From Desulfomicrobium sp. (GTDB lineage Bacteria; Desulfobacterota; Desulfovibrionia; Desulfovibrionales; Desulfomicrobiaceae): a DNA stretch of 64,000 nucleotides. Made by a program: the position numbers and the translations under genes. The notes below the pieces were generated by a model. The model searched no databases and was not told the origin of the DNA. It saw nothing but the letters and a program-made list of their open reading frames with translations. Location: assembly GCA_050252955.1 (NCBI GenBank), contig JBFWJY010000002.1:66680-130679 (forward strand), written 5' to 3'. Positions 9,350 through 19,176 of the stretch are shown one piece after another; the first letter of the stretch is position 1, and each line of letters starts with the position of its first letter.

Positions 9350-10278
9350 CAGCGCACCATGTCCAAGGGAAGGTAAGAGGTGTCATCCAGGCCGATACAC
9401 AGGGCGTCGGCGTACCAGTCGTTTCCGCGCGTATCCCCCACAAAGTCCAAGCGCAGGATCCGATACAGCCCGTCATGATCCAGGCGCGGCGGGTAGACGG
9501 CGCGCATCTTCAGGTCTGTCTTGACCTGCTGCACGCTCTTGTTGTCGAGCTTGATCCGTCCGCCGATGCGCAGCGACGGGTTGAGCAGGCAGCGGACCTT
9601 GATTCCCTCGTTGGTCTGTTCCGGAGTTCCGATCAGGCCGGTCTCGTGCGTCAAAACCACGGCCTCCCCGGGAAGATACCCGGAGGCCTTCACGACCTGC
9701 ACCTTGCCGTCCTGGAAGGACCATTCGCACCCAGAGTCACCGGCGGCATCCCGCATGTGTTTACGGGCCATCCCGTACATGACCTTTCCGCGCGGGAGCC
9801 CGTTGCCTCCCGGGTCTGTCATGTGGCCTTCCTGGACTCCTTTCTCGGAGAATGCGCCCTGGCAAACCTTCATGCGATCTGCCGGCGTGCTCCCGGCCGC
9901 CAAGGTGGCGTTGACCACTGCGTAATTGTAAGCCCAGTCCCCGTCCGCCGCGATGATTTCAAGCCAGGTGTCCGTGCCGTTTTCGCGGCCCCGGCGGACC
10001 TGCCTGATGTTGCCGGAAAAGATGATGCCGAAACCGCCCTGGTACCCGGCTTGAAGCACCACCTGGGAAAACTCTCTGCGGATGGAGTTGGCCGTGGTCT
10101 CGGAAGGATTGTAGACGCGGATCTCTGCGCTGTTCGGAGTCTCGACGGCCCCCTTCGACACCTTGAAAACCACGCGCAACTCGCCAAGCTCAAGGCCTTG
10201 CCCATTGCTCCCGGCGACAACCAGGGAGCATTCACGCAACCACTGGCGCCCAGCTTCGGGGGCTTTCTGTTCTGTCAC
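9349..10278 (-). CDS. Baseplate hub protein (Mu gp44 / gpD-like)
   Basis: 309 aa, immediately upstream of the spike. Called from order and size, as in Mu P and P2 gpD. Confidence 0.6.
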   Translation of the reverse strand: MTEQKAPEAGRQWLRECSLVVAGSNGQGLELGELRVVFKVSKGAVETPNSAEIRVYNPSETTANSIRREFSQVVLQAGYQGGFGIIFSGNIRQVRRGRENGTDTWLEIIAADGDWAYNYAVVNATLAAGSTPADRMKVCQGAFSEKGVQEGHMTDPGGNGLPRGKVMYGMARKHMRDAAGDSGCEWSFQDGKVQVVKASGYLPGEAVVLTHETGLIGTPEQTNEGIKVRCLLNPSLRIGGRIKLDNKSVQQVKTDLKMRAVYPPRLDHDGLYRILRLDFVGDTRGNDWYADALCIGLDDTSYLPLDMVR

Positions 10279-10589
10279 GCTTCCTCCACAACAAAGACCA
10301 GGTCCGCGCCGTCGCCAAGGTTTTCAAGCGTAGGCGGGAGCGATGAATCCACCCAGAGCTCACCGCCAAGCCCCAAATAGGCGTGCTGTTCGAGCAGGTC
10401 GCAGCCGGTCGTAAGAGGGACCCCGGCCAGAATGGCAGAGGCCCCGTCTTGGCTCAAAATATCCAGGTGCCAGCCGCCTTCCTCTGCCTCGAACCATCGC
10501 ACCCGCAGGCGGTATTCCGTTCCGGCGAGCGTGATGCCGAAGCTTTGCGGCTCCGGAGCCAAAGGGATCGTGTAGAAAGATCTTGCCAT
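10275..10589 (-). CDS. Hypothetical tail/baseplate protein
   Basis: 104 aa, translationally coupled on both sides within the tail module. No family recognised. Confidence 0.5.
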   Translation of the reverse strand: MARSFYTIPLAPEPQSFGITLAGTEYRLRVRWFEAEEGGWHLDILSQDGASAILAGVPLTTGCDLLEQHAYLGLGGELWVDSSLPPTLENLGDGADLVFVVEEA

Positions 10590-11122
10590 CAGCCCAGCCC
10601 TCCCTTGAGCATGCTTTGCCGCTTCTGGGGCTGCTTCTGGCCCTTATCCTCGGTTCCTCCCGTCTTGGAGGCAGAGCGTTGGCGGCTCCTCGGGACAGTG
10701 GCCACCCTTGTCTTGACGATGATCACCTCCCGGCACTCAGCCACGAACGCCAGAACCGCCTCGGAATCCGGGTCCGTGATCACGCTCAGGCGCTCCAGGA
10801 GCATGTTCTTGTACGCCCGCTTGCCGGTGATGATATCGAAGGGCTCGCGGCTGCGCTGCAACTCCAGGAGCTGCTCGTAAAACTCGACGCTTGGACGGCC
10901 GCCGCTGTCGGATTCACGGGCATCGGAGACACCGGCCCGGATCGTCACCTTTTCGGCCATCCGGAACGCGTGGTCATTGATGCTTGCGCCCTGTTCCACC
11001 GGGTGCTCCGTGATCTGCAGGCTGTCCTCGTGGGACTCCTCGACGACCACGTCAGGGAACAGTTCCCCCAGGGAGCGGCGGGGGCGGATCAGAACGGGCT
11101 CCTGGCTCTGCGACATGCTCAT
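10589..11122 (-). CDS. Tail/baseplate-hub-associated protein (post-tape-measure position)
   Basis: 177 aa directly after the tape measure (ATGA coupling). Function inferred from position only. Confidence 0.5.
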   Translation of the reverse strand: MSMSQSQEPVLIRPRRSLGELFPDVVVEESHEDSLQITEHPVEQGASINDHAFRMAEKVTIRAGVSDARESDSGGRPSVEFYEQLLELQRSREPFDIITGKRAYKNMLLERLSVITDPDSEAVLAFVAECREVIIVKTRVATVPRSRQRSASKTGGTEDKGQKQPQKRQSMLKGGLG

Positions 11123-12771
11123 CTTGCCGCCCCTCTCATGTGGCGCACCATGTCAGCGTTGACCTGGCCCTGCTTTGCCGCCGCGCGCTCTCCGGCCACC
11201 ACCGGGTCAGAGGTCGTAATGTGGATGTCCGTCTTGGCGTGCAGCTCCATGTTCCGGGCCGCTGCCCCCTCCATGGCCGCCGCCTGGGACGGGGCCGGGG
11301 CAAGGGCCGGGGCGCTGGTGGCCTGCACCGAAAGGGAGGCTTCGGCCATGGCCGAAAGTCCGGCTTTGTCCTTGACCCAGTCCGGCATCCACTCCATGAG
11401 CCCCGCGATCTTGCTTCGCACCCAGTCAACGGCCTGCCCCAGGATACCCGTGATGGACTGCGCAGCAGCGCTTGCCCACCCGGCGAAGTCGGGGAAGTTT
11501 TGCTCGACGCCCGACCACATGCCTTCGAAGATGGCGAGAACAGCGCCAGCCAAGCCCTGGAACGCACCAAACGCCGTGTCAGCAAGGTTCAAGAAGAGCG
11601 CCTTCCCGGACTCTATGGCCCCCGCCAGGTCGCCGTGAAACAAGGCGATCAGGATGTCCGCCAGAAGCTGGACGGACCGGATCACGCGCCCCAAGGTCTC
11701 GCGCATCGTCTCCAAGGCGGAAGCGATGGCCGCAATGGCGCCCTTGCCGAGTTCGAGCAGTAGGCCCGCCAGCGGCTTCAAAATTTGAACGACCTGGTCA
11801 ATAGTTGCAGCCCAGGGAGACCAGTCGAAATAGCTTTCCCCGCCCTCCATGAAGGTCAGGTAGTCGTCCACAAGGGCGATGATCCCCAGGAGCCCGGTGA
11901 TGATCATGCCCATAGGCGTGGCCAGAAAGCCAAGATTCAGGAGCTTCCAGACCGCAACCAGGCCCACCAGCCCAAGCACCAGGCGCTGCTGGCCATCGTC
12001 CAGGCGGTCGAACCAATCGACCAGGCCGGAGATTACCTTGACGGCGCGGTAAACAAAGGCGCTGATCACCGACGACACGCGAAGGACGATGCTGATCAAG
12101 AACTCCATCACCCGACGGATCCGCCCGAAGTTCTCGACCACGACCTTGCGCAGGTCCACCAGGTCGCGACGCATGCGCCCGATAAACGTCACGGCCACGG
12201 CCTTGGTCAGCATGGTGGCCACGGTTTTCAGCTTGGCCAATTCGGCTAGAAAGCCCTTCGATGCTTCCGCAGCCTGCTTGGCGTCCGTCCCGGCCACGGC
12301 GTACATCTTCCGGAATTCCTCCCGGAGCTCCGAGACATCCGACGTCAACATGGGGATCAGAGTCCGGTCGATCCCCATCCGGTCGGCAAAAAGCTTGCGC
12401 TGCACTTCGGACATGCCGCGCATGCGATTCCCGACAACCTCCAGCGCCTTGGCCGCGTCCTTGATCCGAGGATTACGGGAGACCAAGGCCTCCATGCTCC
12501 TGGTCACGGCGTCCAGGCTGGATCCGGACTGCTCGGCCACATAGCCCAGCTCTTCCAGCCTGTCCGTCGTGGTGCCGAGCTTTTCCGCCTGCAGGGCCAT
12601 CTCAGACTCTGCCGTGGCCACCTTCACCATCCCGGCAAAGATCCCGGCCGCCGCGAGCTTCACAGCCACACCGAAAGCCGCGACTCTCGTCAGCGACGAT
12701 TTCAGCGACTGCTCGTCAGCTCTGAAGCCCACGGAGGCTAGGAATTCGGCGATGACTCCGCCTGTGCTCAT
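11119..12771 (-). CDS. Tail tape measure protein
   Basis: 550 aa, alpha-helical with hydrophobic segments. Follows the chaperone pair and precedes the hub genes. Confidence 0.8.
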   Translation of the reverse strand: MSTGGVIAEFLASVGFRADEQSLKSSLTRVAAFGVAVKLAAAGIFAGMVKVATAESEMALQAEKLGTTTDRLEELGYVAEQSGSSLDAVTRSMEALVSRNPRIKDAAKALEVVGNRMRGMSEVQRKLFADRMGIDRTLIPMLTSDVSELREEFRKMYAVAGTDAKQAAEASKGFLAELAKLKTVATMLTKAVAVTFIGRMRRDLVDLRKVVVENFGRIRRVMEFLISIVLRVSSVISAFVYRAVKVISGLVDWFDRLDDGQQRLVLGLVGLVAVWKLLNLGFLATPMGMIITGLLGIIALVDDYLTFMEGGESYFDWSPWAATIDQVVQILKPLAGLLLELGKGAIAAIASALETMRETLGRVIRSVQLLADILIALFHGDLAGAIESGKALFLNLADTAFGAFQGLAGAVLAIFEGMWSGVEQNFPDFAGWASAAAQSITGILGQAVDWVRSKIAGLMEWMPDWVKDKAGLSAMAEASLSVQATSAPALAPAPSQAAAMEGAAARNMELHAKTDIHITTSDPVVAGERAAAKQGQVNADMVRHMRGAAR

Positions 12772-13402
12772 TGCGCTTGTCCTTTTTTGGAGGCCATGTA
12801 GCGGCGCTCGTTCTCGTGTCGTACGGCCAGGGCGTCATTCATCAGGGCGATGTCCCCCAGGGACACCGTCCCGTCCTTCAAGCTCTCGTATCTGCACATG
12901 CCTTCAAGCACCGGCCTCATTATCCAATCCTCTCCCCCGGGCAGGCTCACCCATGCGACACCTTCCGGAGCATCCCCCCCAGGCCGGAAAGGGAGGGCAG
13001 GTCGGCGAAAAAATCGGACAGATTCACCGCCATGACCTTGGCCGAGATGGTCAGCATTGCGGGCAAAGACAGGCTGTACATCGTCGCCCCGCCTTTTCGG
13101 ACAGGAGCCCATCCGCCACCCGGGTTCTTGCATTCCGCAGCTTCAAGGCACGCGTTGATCACGTACTCCGCGTCCGCGTCGGACAATGCAGCCACGGCCT
13201 CGGCAAGCGAGGAGACAACCGGCCCGATGTCTCCGGCCACATCCACGACGTTCCCGGAATCATCCTTCTTGATCTCAAGATCACTTCCAGCCAGGCTGGC
13301 CAACTTGCCGAGGCAAGGGGCCAGCCTGCGCACCACGTGCAGCTGCTGAAAGGCATCCATCTTTCCGGCCCGGAAAACCCTATCCTTAACGCTAAATTCC
13401 AT
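12768..13402 (-). CDS. Tail assembly chaperone, predicted -1 frameshift long form
   Basis: The -1 frame is open from 13133 to 12768. The slippery heptamer T TTT TTC (13013-13007, coding strand) lies in the overlap. The extension's stop overlaps the tape-measure ATG (ATGA). Confidence 0.5.
12947..13402 (-). CDS. Tail assembly chaperone (short, in-frame product)
   Basis: 151 aa between the tube and tape-measure genes. Contains slippery T-TTT-TTC near its 3' end. Confidence 0.7.
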   Translation of the reverse strand: MEFSVKDRVFRAGKMDAFQQLHVVRRLAPCLGKLASLAGSDLEIKKDDSGNVVDVAGDIGPVVSSLAEAVAALSDADAEYVINACLEAAECKNPGGGWAPVRKGGATMYSLSLPAMLTISAKVMAVNLSDFFADLPSLSGLGGMLRKVSHG

Positions 13403-13411
13403 TGCTCACTC

Positions 13412-13867
13412 CTAGATGATTTCCGGCGTTCCAGAGCCAAGGACCGTGGAGATCTGGCCCGCGTGGAACGTCCACGCCAGCTTCCCGCCGTCCACCGCAT
13501 AAGGGTTGGAAGGCATCTTGGCGAAGGCCACCTGCGTGCAGGTGACGGCGTCTCCGGACTGGGCATTGCGGATTGCAATCGTGTTCCGCCCATGATTCTG
13601 GCTGGATCCGGTCTGGTAGTTGTAGAGGTTCTGTAACTGGGCGTTGACCGGGGATGTCCGCAAAAGCGTAACCGTCACAGTGCCCGACTTGTCCCCGCGA
13701 AGGCTGTGCATCACCGAGCCATCCGCGCCCACGGTCATGATGTTCTTGTCGCCTGCGGGCTCGATGACGATGCCTTCTTCGGCATTGCCGGACCCGCTGC
13801 CAAGTTGAAACGATCCTCCAGGGCCTTCCAGGGCGGCCTGGACATCCAAAAAGCTGTACGCTCCCAT
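13412..13867 (-). CDS. Tail tube protein (DUF3277-like)
   Basis: AYSFLDVQAALEGPGGSFQLG...EEGIVIEPAGDKNIMTVGADGSVMHSL matches my memory of DUF3277 tube proteins. Lies directly after the sheath gene. Confidence 0.7.
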   Translation of the reverse strand: MGAYSFLDVQAALEGPGGSFQLGSGSGNAEEGIVIEPAGDKNIMTVGADGSVMHSLRGDKSGTVTVTLLRTSPVNAQLQNLYNYQTGSSQNHGRNTIAIRNAQSGDAVTCTQVAFAKMPSNPYAVDGGKLAWTFHAGQISTVLGSGTPEII

Positions 13868-13879
13868 GCTTCTTACTCC

Positions 13880-15358
13880 TTAACGGTTCACGTCCACCTG
13901 GACGTCGACAAAGTGCACCGCGCCGGCCAACTTGACCGCAACCTGGATGGGCGGGGCCTTGCGCTGTTCGCGCTCGGACTGAGGCTGCTCATCGATAGGC
14001 TGGGCGTAGATGTACCACCCGGCGGGCAAGTAATCCCCGCGCTGCAGCTGGCCAAAGCCATCCGCATTCCAGGTGCCCGGGGCTACCAGGCCATTGTTTA
14101 CGGCTTCGGCCAAAACTTTGGAAATTGTGGTCACGATCTGATTCACACCGGCGTCGGTCTGCGGGATCTTCGTCTTGCTCTGGTACAAGAGGTTGTAGCA
14201 CTCGTTTTGAATCGCGTTCTGCAGCCAGTCCAGGCCGTGGACTTCGTCGAAGAACGCGCCATTTGCCATGACGCCTTCCTGCAGAATGGCCGTATCGTTG
14301 TCGTACCGGACGAAGACGTTGCAGCGCTTCGAGACCAGCGCCTGAGCCTGGGTCTCGGTCAGTCCTTCGGCCACCACACCGGGTTCCTGTTTGAACTTGA
14401 GGGTGATGGTCGACCTGTTGGCGTTGAAATTGACCGTAAAGGCCCGGCCAGCGGCAGAGCAGGCAGCGTACTTGTTGCGGCTGTACTGGACGAAAGTGCG
14501 CAAGCGGGACAGCGCCTTCAGGCGAGAAGCAAGGTCATCTGTTACCGTGGTCGAAAGCACCCGACTATTCGTGATGGTCGTCATGTAGATCCTGCTCTTG
14601 GAGCTGGCCTCCACAAACCCGGCCACAGCCACGTGCTCATCATCGGTGATGGTTTCCGCGAAAGTCAGGCCGTACCAATCGCCAGAAGCGTCAGCCAGCG
14701 CCACGGCGCATTCCAGCGGGGTTTCCGCGTCCATCCCAGCCACCAGGGGCAAGGCGAGCTCTTCAGTCAGAGCCATGCGCGCGGACAGGTCCGTCCCGGT
14801 TCCGGTGGCTTGGGCGAATCCAATCGTCTGCCCGTCGCCAGCCGTGACCGAGGAGATGACGAAGCTGGCTCCCGTCCAGGCGCAGGCCGCGCCCTCCACG
14901 GCTAAAGCGGCAGAAATGACGGAAGCGACGCCGTTCATATTGGTCTGCCCGGTGAAGTCCAAACCCGTCACCGTCGCCCCGGTGCCATTGATCACCATCC
15001 CCAGGCTGCCGTTGGTGATCGTATTCCAGGCGCTGGCGTCCAGATCCGCGTCCGCAACCAGGCCGCCCTTGAGGTACGCCGGGCTCGGAGCCTTGACCCA
15101 TCTTCCAATGGCCAGGATCGAAGGCTTGGGACTCTGCGAGAAGAACAGTTCGGCAGCCGCGTATTCGGGAGACTGCACCCCGAAGTCGTCGGCAATGCCG
15201 GAGATGCCGGTGTAGAGGCGGATTCTCTCGACGTGGTCAATGACGTCGCTTGCCCCCACGATACACAAGACGCCGAAGTTACGGCGGGCCGCCGCGAGCG
15301 GCTGCAGGTTGACCGTCACCTTGACGACGCGGTCCACGGATAATGCGTTTTGAGCCAT
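13880..15358 (-). CDS. Tail sheath protein (DUF3383-like)
   Basis: 492 aa, first large gene of the contractile-tail module, upstream of the tube. Confidence 0.7.
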   Translation of the reverse strand: MAQNALSVDRVVKVTVNLQPLAAARRNFGVLCIVGASDVIDHVERIRLYTGISGIADDFGVQSPEYAAAELFFSQSPKPSILAIGRWVKAPSPAYLKGGLVADADLDASAWNTITNGSLGMVINGTGATVTGLDFTGQTNMNGVASVISAALAVEGAACAWTGASFVISSVTAGDGQTIGFAQATGTGTDLSARMALTEELALPLVAGMDAETPLECAVALADASGDWYGLTFAETITDDEHVAVAGFVEASSKSRIYMTTITNSRVLSTTVTDDLASRLKALSRLRTFVQYSRNKYAACSAAGRAFTVNFNANRSTITLKFKQEPGVVAEGLTETQAQALVSKRCNVFVRYDNDTAILQEGVMANGAFFDEVHGLDWLQNAIQNECYNLLYQSKTKIPQTDAGVNQIVTTISKVLAEAVNNGLVAPGTWNADGFGQLQRGDYLPAGWYIYAQPIDEQPQSEREQRKAPPIQVAVKLAGAVHFVDVQVDVNR

Positions 15359-15374
15359 GATTTTCTCCTGGGCG

Positions 15375-15983
15375 CTATTCGCCCGTGTTTTCTAGCCAGC
15401 AGGCCCTGGGGCAGGAGTCGCATCCCGTAGGCACGCTGATTCCCGGCGCGTAAACACGCCCTGAAACTTGTACGATGTTGAGCGTGGGGCATGTCCGCCT
15501 GGTCTCATACTGCAGGACCATGAGCAGATCAGAGCGGGCCAACCACTGGGCACGAACCACCTCGGGAACTTCTGTGATATCGCTTGCCCTGGTCAGCGCC
15601 AGCCCGTGGGGCCGCAAAAAAGCCCTGTTCTGCTCCAGGTGCGATCCGTCCCGCAGGGTCTCGGCCAGATCCATGGATTCGGGGCCGTAGAAGGACACGA
15701 GAACCGAAAGCTCCCTGGTCGAGACAATCTCATCTTGGCCGTCACCAACTGCAGCGTGCTTGATGACGGGCAGTCCGATCCGCCTATTGCCGACGATGCC
15801 GAAGGCGCACCAGCCAACCCCAGGCGCTGGAACGCGAGGAACCGCGGCTTGCCACCTCGGCCTCACCAGGTCCCCAGGCAGGCCCGCCACTCCGGCGATG
15901 AAGTCATGCAGGATGTCTTCAAGGGTGGCCCGACCAGGCCCCGGACTGACCGGGAGAAAACCGCCGGTTGCGCTCGTGTTCAC
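15375..15983 (-). CDS. Hypothetical neck/tail-terminator-position protein
   Basis: A GTG start at 15983 overlaps the upstream TGA (GTGA). The ORF-track start at 16037 would overlap the upstream gene. Confidence 0.5.
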   Translation of the reverse strand: MNTSATGGFLPVSPGPGRATLEDILHDFIAGVAGLPGDLVRPRWQAAVPRVPAPGVGWCAFGIVGNRRIGLPVIKHAAVGDGQDEIVSTRELSVLVSFYGPESMDLAETLRDGSHLEQNRAFLRPHGLALTRASDITEVPEVVRAQWLARSDLLMVLQYETRRTCPTLNIVQVSGRVYAPGISVPTGCDSCPRACWLENTGE

Positions 15984-16342
15984 GGCTGCACCTCCAGGAC
16001 CGCCACGGCTTTGGTGAAGCCTGCGTGCTCCCGCCAAGCCTCAGCCGTTGCGACGCGGTACTTGCCGCCACGATAGTGCACCAGGTCTGCCTGGATGGAC
16101 CCGCCGCCGGCGGACAGCTCGGCAGGCGTGAAGATGAGAATAGACTCCTTGGCCCGGTCGCCTTCGGGCAGAAGCTCGCGCTCCTTTCCCGGCGCGGGCT
16201 GGATATTCCCGTCGGCAGAGAGCAGGGCCGAGGAAGTCTCCGCCCTGCCTTTGGCGCTCACGGTTTCCGTGACGCGCTCGTAAACAAAGGCAGTCCCGCC
16301 CATGTCCGGGTCCATCAGGATGTCGAGAAGATCCACGCCCAT
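15980..16342 (-). CDS. Hypothetical head-tail joining protein
   Basis: Start MGVDLLDIL at 16342 overlaps the upstream stop by 1 nt. Upstream part of the track ORF rejected. Confidence 0.5.
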   Translation of the reverse strand: MGVDLLDILMDPDMGGTAFVYERVTETVSAKGRAETSSALLSADGNIQPAPGKERELLPEGDRAKESILIFTPAELSAGGGSIQADLVHYRGGKYRVATAEAWREHAGFTKAVAVLEVQP

Positions 16343-16920
16343 CACCTCACCACCAGGGCAGAATTGCCCTTCTTGCGAACCACGTAAGTGTAGGCCTTGC
16401 GAAGCTGGCCCGTGTCGACCAGCGGATTGACCGCGCCGCGTTCGCGGCGGCTCTTGCCATAGGTGGCCACGGTCCGGCCGGACTTGCCCGTGCGCTCCCC
16501 GATCTTCTTTCGAGCGTCCAGGGTAGAGTCCGCCAAGGGTGGCCACTCGTTACTCACAAAACGAGCGCGGACAGCGTTCTGTCCGAGGATCCCGATCTTG
16601 TTGAGCGCCGTGTTTACGGCCGCCGCGTTGCCTATCAACGCCTGCCTGGCAGCGTCCTTTAGGATCTCGACCGCGTCCTTTTGGATGTCGCCGATGCCAG
16701 GCAAAAGAGAAGGGCGCGGGGGGAGCCCCCGCTCAGGAACGCCGAACTCATGCACGTAGGCCAGGAGCGCATTCGAAACCCCGGAGTCTCCGGCCGCCTC
16801 GCGGGAGGTCTTGTCTTCGGGGACGCCGATAAAGACGTCCTGGGAAGTCAAGGCCGCGAGCGCCTGCCGGACGGCAGACAGGTCCATGCTGACCTGCCGG
16901 ACACTCATCTCCGGATTCAT
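16342..16920 (-). CDS. Virion morphogenesis / tail completion protein (Mu G / HK97 gp10-like)
   Basis: Start MNPEMSV at 16920 (ATGA coupling). C-terminal NPLVDTGQLRKAY resembles the gp10/G family motif. Confidence 0.55.
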   Translation of the reverse strand: MNPEMSVRQVSMDLSAVRQALAALTSQDVFIGVPEDKTSREAAGDSGVSNALLAYVHEFGVPERGLPPRPSLLPGIGDIQKDAVEILKDAARQALIGNAAAVNTALNKIGILGQNAVRARFVSNEWPPLADSTLDARKKIGERTGKSGRTVATYGKSRRERGAVNPLVDTGQLRKAYTYVVRKKGNSALVVR

Positions 16921-17315
16921 ACGACCACGCCCCCAGCGCCCACGAGCTGCGCCATTTGCCAATACTGCTTCCCGTAGATGGTATCGTTCCAGTGGCCCGC
17001 CCCGATGTTACCGGTGGCCGCAGCCCCGGCCCGTGACTCGCTCTTGGACACGCCGCCCACGGACTTGCTGACCGAGACAACAGGGCCGGCGGCCGCGTCC
17101 ATGCCGCCGGTCCCGTCCTGTGACTTTATCGCCGCCCGCTCCAGGGTCAGGTGATGGGCCGCATGCAGACAGCACCCGTCAGCCCACCAATCCCCCCAGC
17201 GCTCCGCAGAAAGCTGCTTCTCGGCCAAGGCCAAGGCAAACAGCACGCGGCCATCCGGGAACAGCTCCACGGTGAACTGGGGAAACGATTCTCTGAATTC
17301 CTGTACGGTCGGCAC
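16917..17315 (-). CDS. Head-tail adaptor (DUF4054-like)
   Basis: FRESFPQF...ALALAEKQL...WGDWWADGCCLHAAHHLTL resembles DUF4054. Lies after the capsid module. Confidence 0.6.
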   Translation of the reverse strand: MPTVQEFRESFPQFTVELFPDGRVLFALALAEKQLSAERWGDWWADGCCLHAAHHLTLERAAIKSQDGTGGMDAAAGPVVSVSKSVGGVSKSESRAGAAATGNIGAGHWNDTIYGKQYWQMAQLVGAGGVVV

Positions 17316-17317
17316 GG

Positions 17318-17737
17318 TTAATTCTCCTCGGGTTCGGTCTTGGCTTCGGCGTCAGGGTCGACGTCACCGGCGGGCGCGTCGGGGCCTTTGTCCTTGTCGC
17401 CATCCGGATCCTGGTCGCCCTCCTCGGCCTGATCCGCTTCAAGGATCATGGCGACCAGCGCGTCTTTTTTCGGGGAGCCCTGCACCTCGACGCCCATTTC
17501 TGCAGCCATCTTCTTCAGGCTGGAAACGGTCATCGAACGCAGCTTGTCTTCCGAAAGCCCGGTTTCATCGGCATCATCCGGAAGGACCGCAGCGCGGCCC
17601 TCCCGAATGCATCCCTGGACAAACCAGTTCCCAAGCTCTTCTTCAGAGAGTTCATGCACACCAGGCGTAAACACCCGCAGCTTCTTCCCCGAGGCAAAGC
17701 GAACCGAGAACGTGGACGAAACAGAGATCTTTTTCAT
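17318..17737 (-). CDS. Hypothetical protein with SAP/Rho-N-like motif and acidic tail
   Basis: LSSLKKMAAEMGVEVQGSPKKDALVAMIL is followed by a D/E/P-rich C-terminus. Confidence 0.6.
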   Translation of the reverse strand: MKKISVSSTFSVRFASGKKLRVFTPGVHELSEEELGNWFVQGCIREGRAAVLPDDADETGLSEDKLRSMTVSSLKKMAAEMGVEVQGSPKKDALVAMILEADQAEEGDQDPDGDKDKGPDAPAGDVDPDAEAKTEPEEN

Positions 17738-17740
17738 GGT

Positions 17741-18682
17741 TTAATCCCCGTCCTGGTAGGCCAAGGTTTCAGGGTAGACGAATTCCACATGGCCGATCTT
17801 GCCGAAGTAGACGGTCAGCTGGCTGATGCCGCGATGCTCAAGCGGGGTCTTCTGCAGGGGCACCAGGGGGAAGCGGACGTATTCGGGGCGGCGGCTGTAG
17901 ACCACGGTGCGATCTTTGCCAGCAGCGCCTCGGCCGGTCAGCCACTTGAGCGGGTGGATTTCCAGGGGCCGTCCGTTCTGGGCGTTGGAAATGCACTCTT
18001 CGGCGATGTAGCGCAGAAGGCTCTTGCTTCCGGCCGCGCTCACCGGCTTGACCAGGCGGGCGAACTTGCGCGGCGAAAGCCGAAGCTGGTCCGGGACGAC
18101 AGCGTACCCGCTGCGCTCCCACGCCGTATTGATCAGGTCGTTGATGTCATCCAGGATCATATTCGGAGTGGTCGTTTCGGCATCCCAGTCCAGGGTGGAG
18201 TTTTCAGCATGGACCGCAGGGTTCGTGCACAGGCCCACGGCGCCGACCTGGTCGTCACCGATGTAGATCTGCTCATCCACGTCCATGTTGTACTTGATCT
18301 TCATGCCCTCGTACTTCTGGGAATCGAGGGGACGACCAATCTTCTGAGCTGCCTCCAGCTCCACCAGGCTCCACCCGAGCTCCATGGCCCACAAGTGCAG
18401 AGGAGAGGGCGTCTTGCCGATGTCGACCGCGATGCCGGGAATGGCCGTGGTTTTCTGGCCGACCCAGTTCTTGCCGTTCGGGGAAATGCCACCGGCGGCC
18501 GCGAACGTGGTCACGGTGAAGGAAGAGGATTCATCAGCCATGGTCACGTCTTCGCGCAAATCGATGTCGCGGGGCCACGTGACCGAATGCAGGGGGAGGT
18601 GCAGCGTTTGGTCGAGGCGCTCAAGCTCTCCGACCAGGAAGGCCCCGGCTGCATCTACAGTGCGTCTGTCATAGGTAAACAT
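17741..18682 (-). CDS. Major capsid protein (DUF2184-like)
   Basis: 313 aa, downstream of the scaffold/protease and decoration-like genes. Family assignment is from memory. Confidence 0.7.
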   Translation of the reverse strand: MFTYDRRTVDAAGAFLVGELERLDQTLHLPLHSVTWPRDIDLREDVTMADESSSFTVTTFAAAGGISPNGKNWVGQKTTAIPGIAVDIGKTPSPLHLWAMELGWSLVELEAAQKIGRPLDSQKYEGMKIKYNMDVDEQIYIGDDQVGAVGLCTNPAVHAENSTLDWDAETTTPNMILDDINDLINTAWERSGYAVVPDQLRLSPRKFARLVKPVSAAGSKSLLRYIAEECISNAQNGRPLEIHPLKWLTGRGAAGKDRTVVYSRRPEYVRFPLVPLQKTPLEHRGISQLTVYFGKIGHVEFVYPETLAYQDGD

Positions 18683-18691
18683 TTTCGCTCC

Positions 18692-19168
18692 TTAGATGTT
18701 GAAGGCGATTTCGACATTGCCCGAAGCATCGGGCGCGCCCATGAAGATGCACCCGGGCACAGCCACGCCCTGGGACATGGCGATATCCCCGACGACAAAG
18801 CTTCCCGTAGCCGTAAACACGACCTTGACGGGCGTGCCCTTGACCGGCGTCGAAGTCTCGGCAGCGGACATTTTCACGGACATGTAGCCGGAGCGCATCA
18901 CGTCTCCGATCTGTCCGGCCTCGATGCCACCGCCACCCAGGACGTTGTCGGCAAGCGCACGGGCCTGGAAGGGGAACGGGCGGGCCAAGAAGCCGTAAAC
19001 GCCTTTGGCCTCGACAGTGGCCGCCACGATCTTTCCGGCAGCGTCCAGCTGGACAGGGCCGCCGAAGGCAATGGCGGAAGCGGCCACGGCCGGCTCGACC
19101 TGGGCGTCCGCCTGGCGGGAGATGTTGCCGGGGAATCCGGCGGGCATACGTTCAGTAAATACGGGCAT
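18692..19168 (-). CDS. Putative head decoration/cement protein (DUF2190-like)
   Basis: 158 aa, Gly/Ala-rich beta protein between the scaffold and the major capsid. Confidence 0.45.
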   Translation of the reverse strand: MPVFTERMPAGFPGNISRQADAQVEPAVAASAIAFGGPVQLDAAGKIVAATVEAKGVYGFLARPFPFQARALADNVLGGGGIEAGQIGDVMRSGYMSVKMSAAETSTPVKGTPVKVVFTATGSFVVGDIAMSQGVAVPGCIFMGAPDASGNVEIAFNI

Positions 19169-19176
19169 GTTGCCTC

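Noticed and set aside
12768-13133. 121-aa ORF as an independent gene.
   Set aside because: Its 5' two thirds overlap the chaperone gene in the -1 frame and translate poorly. It is better explained as the frameshift extension of the chaperone, or at most a 50-aa ORF from ATG 12920.
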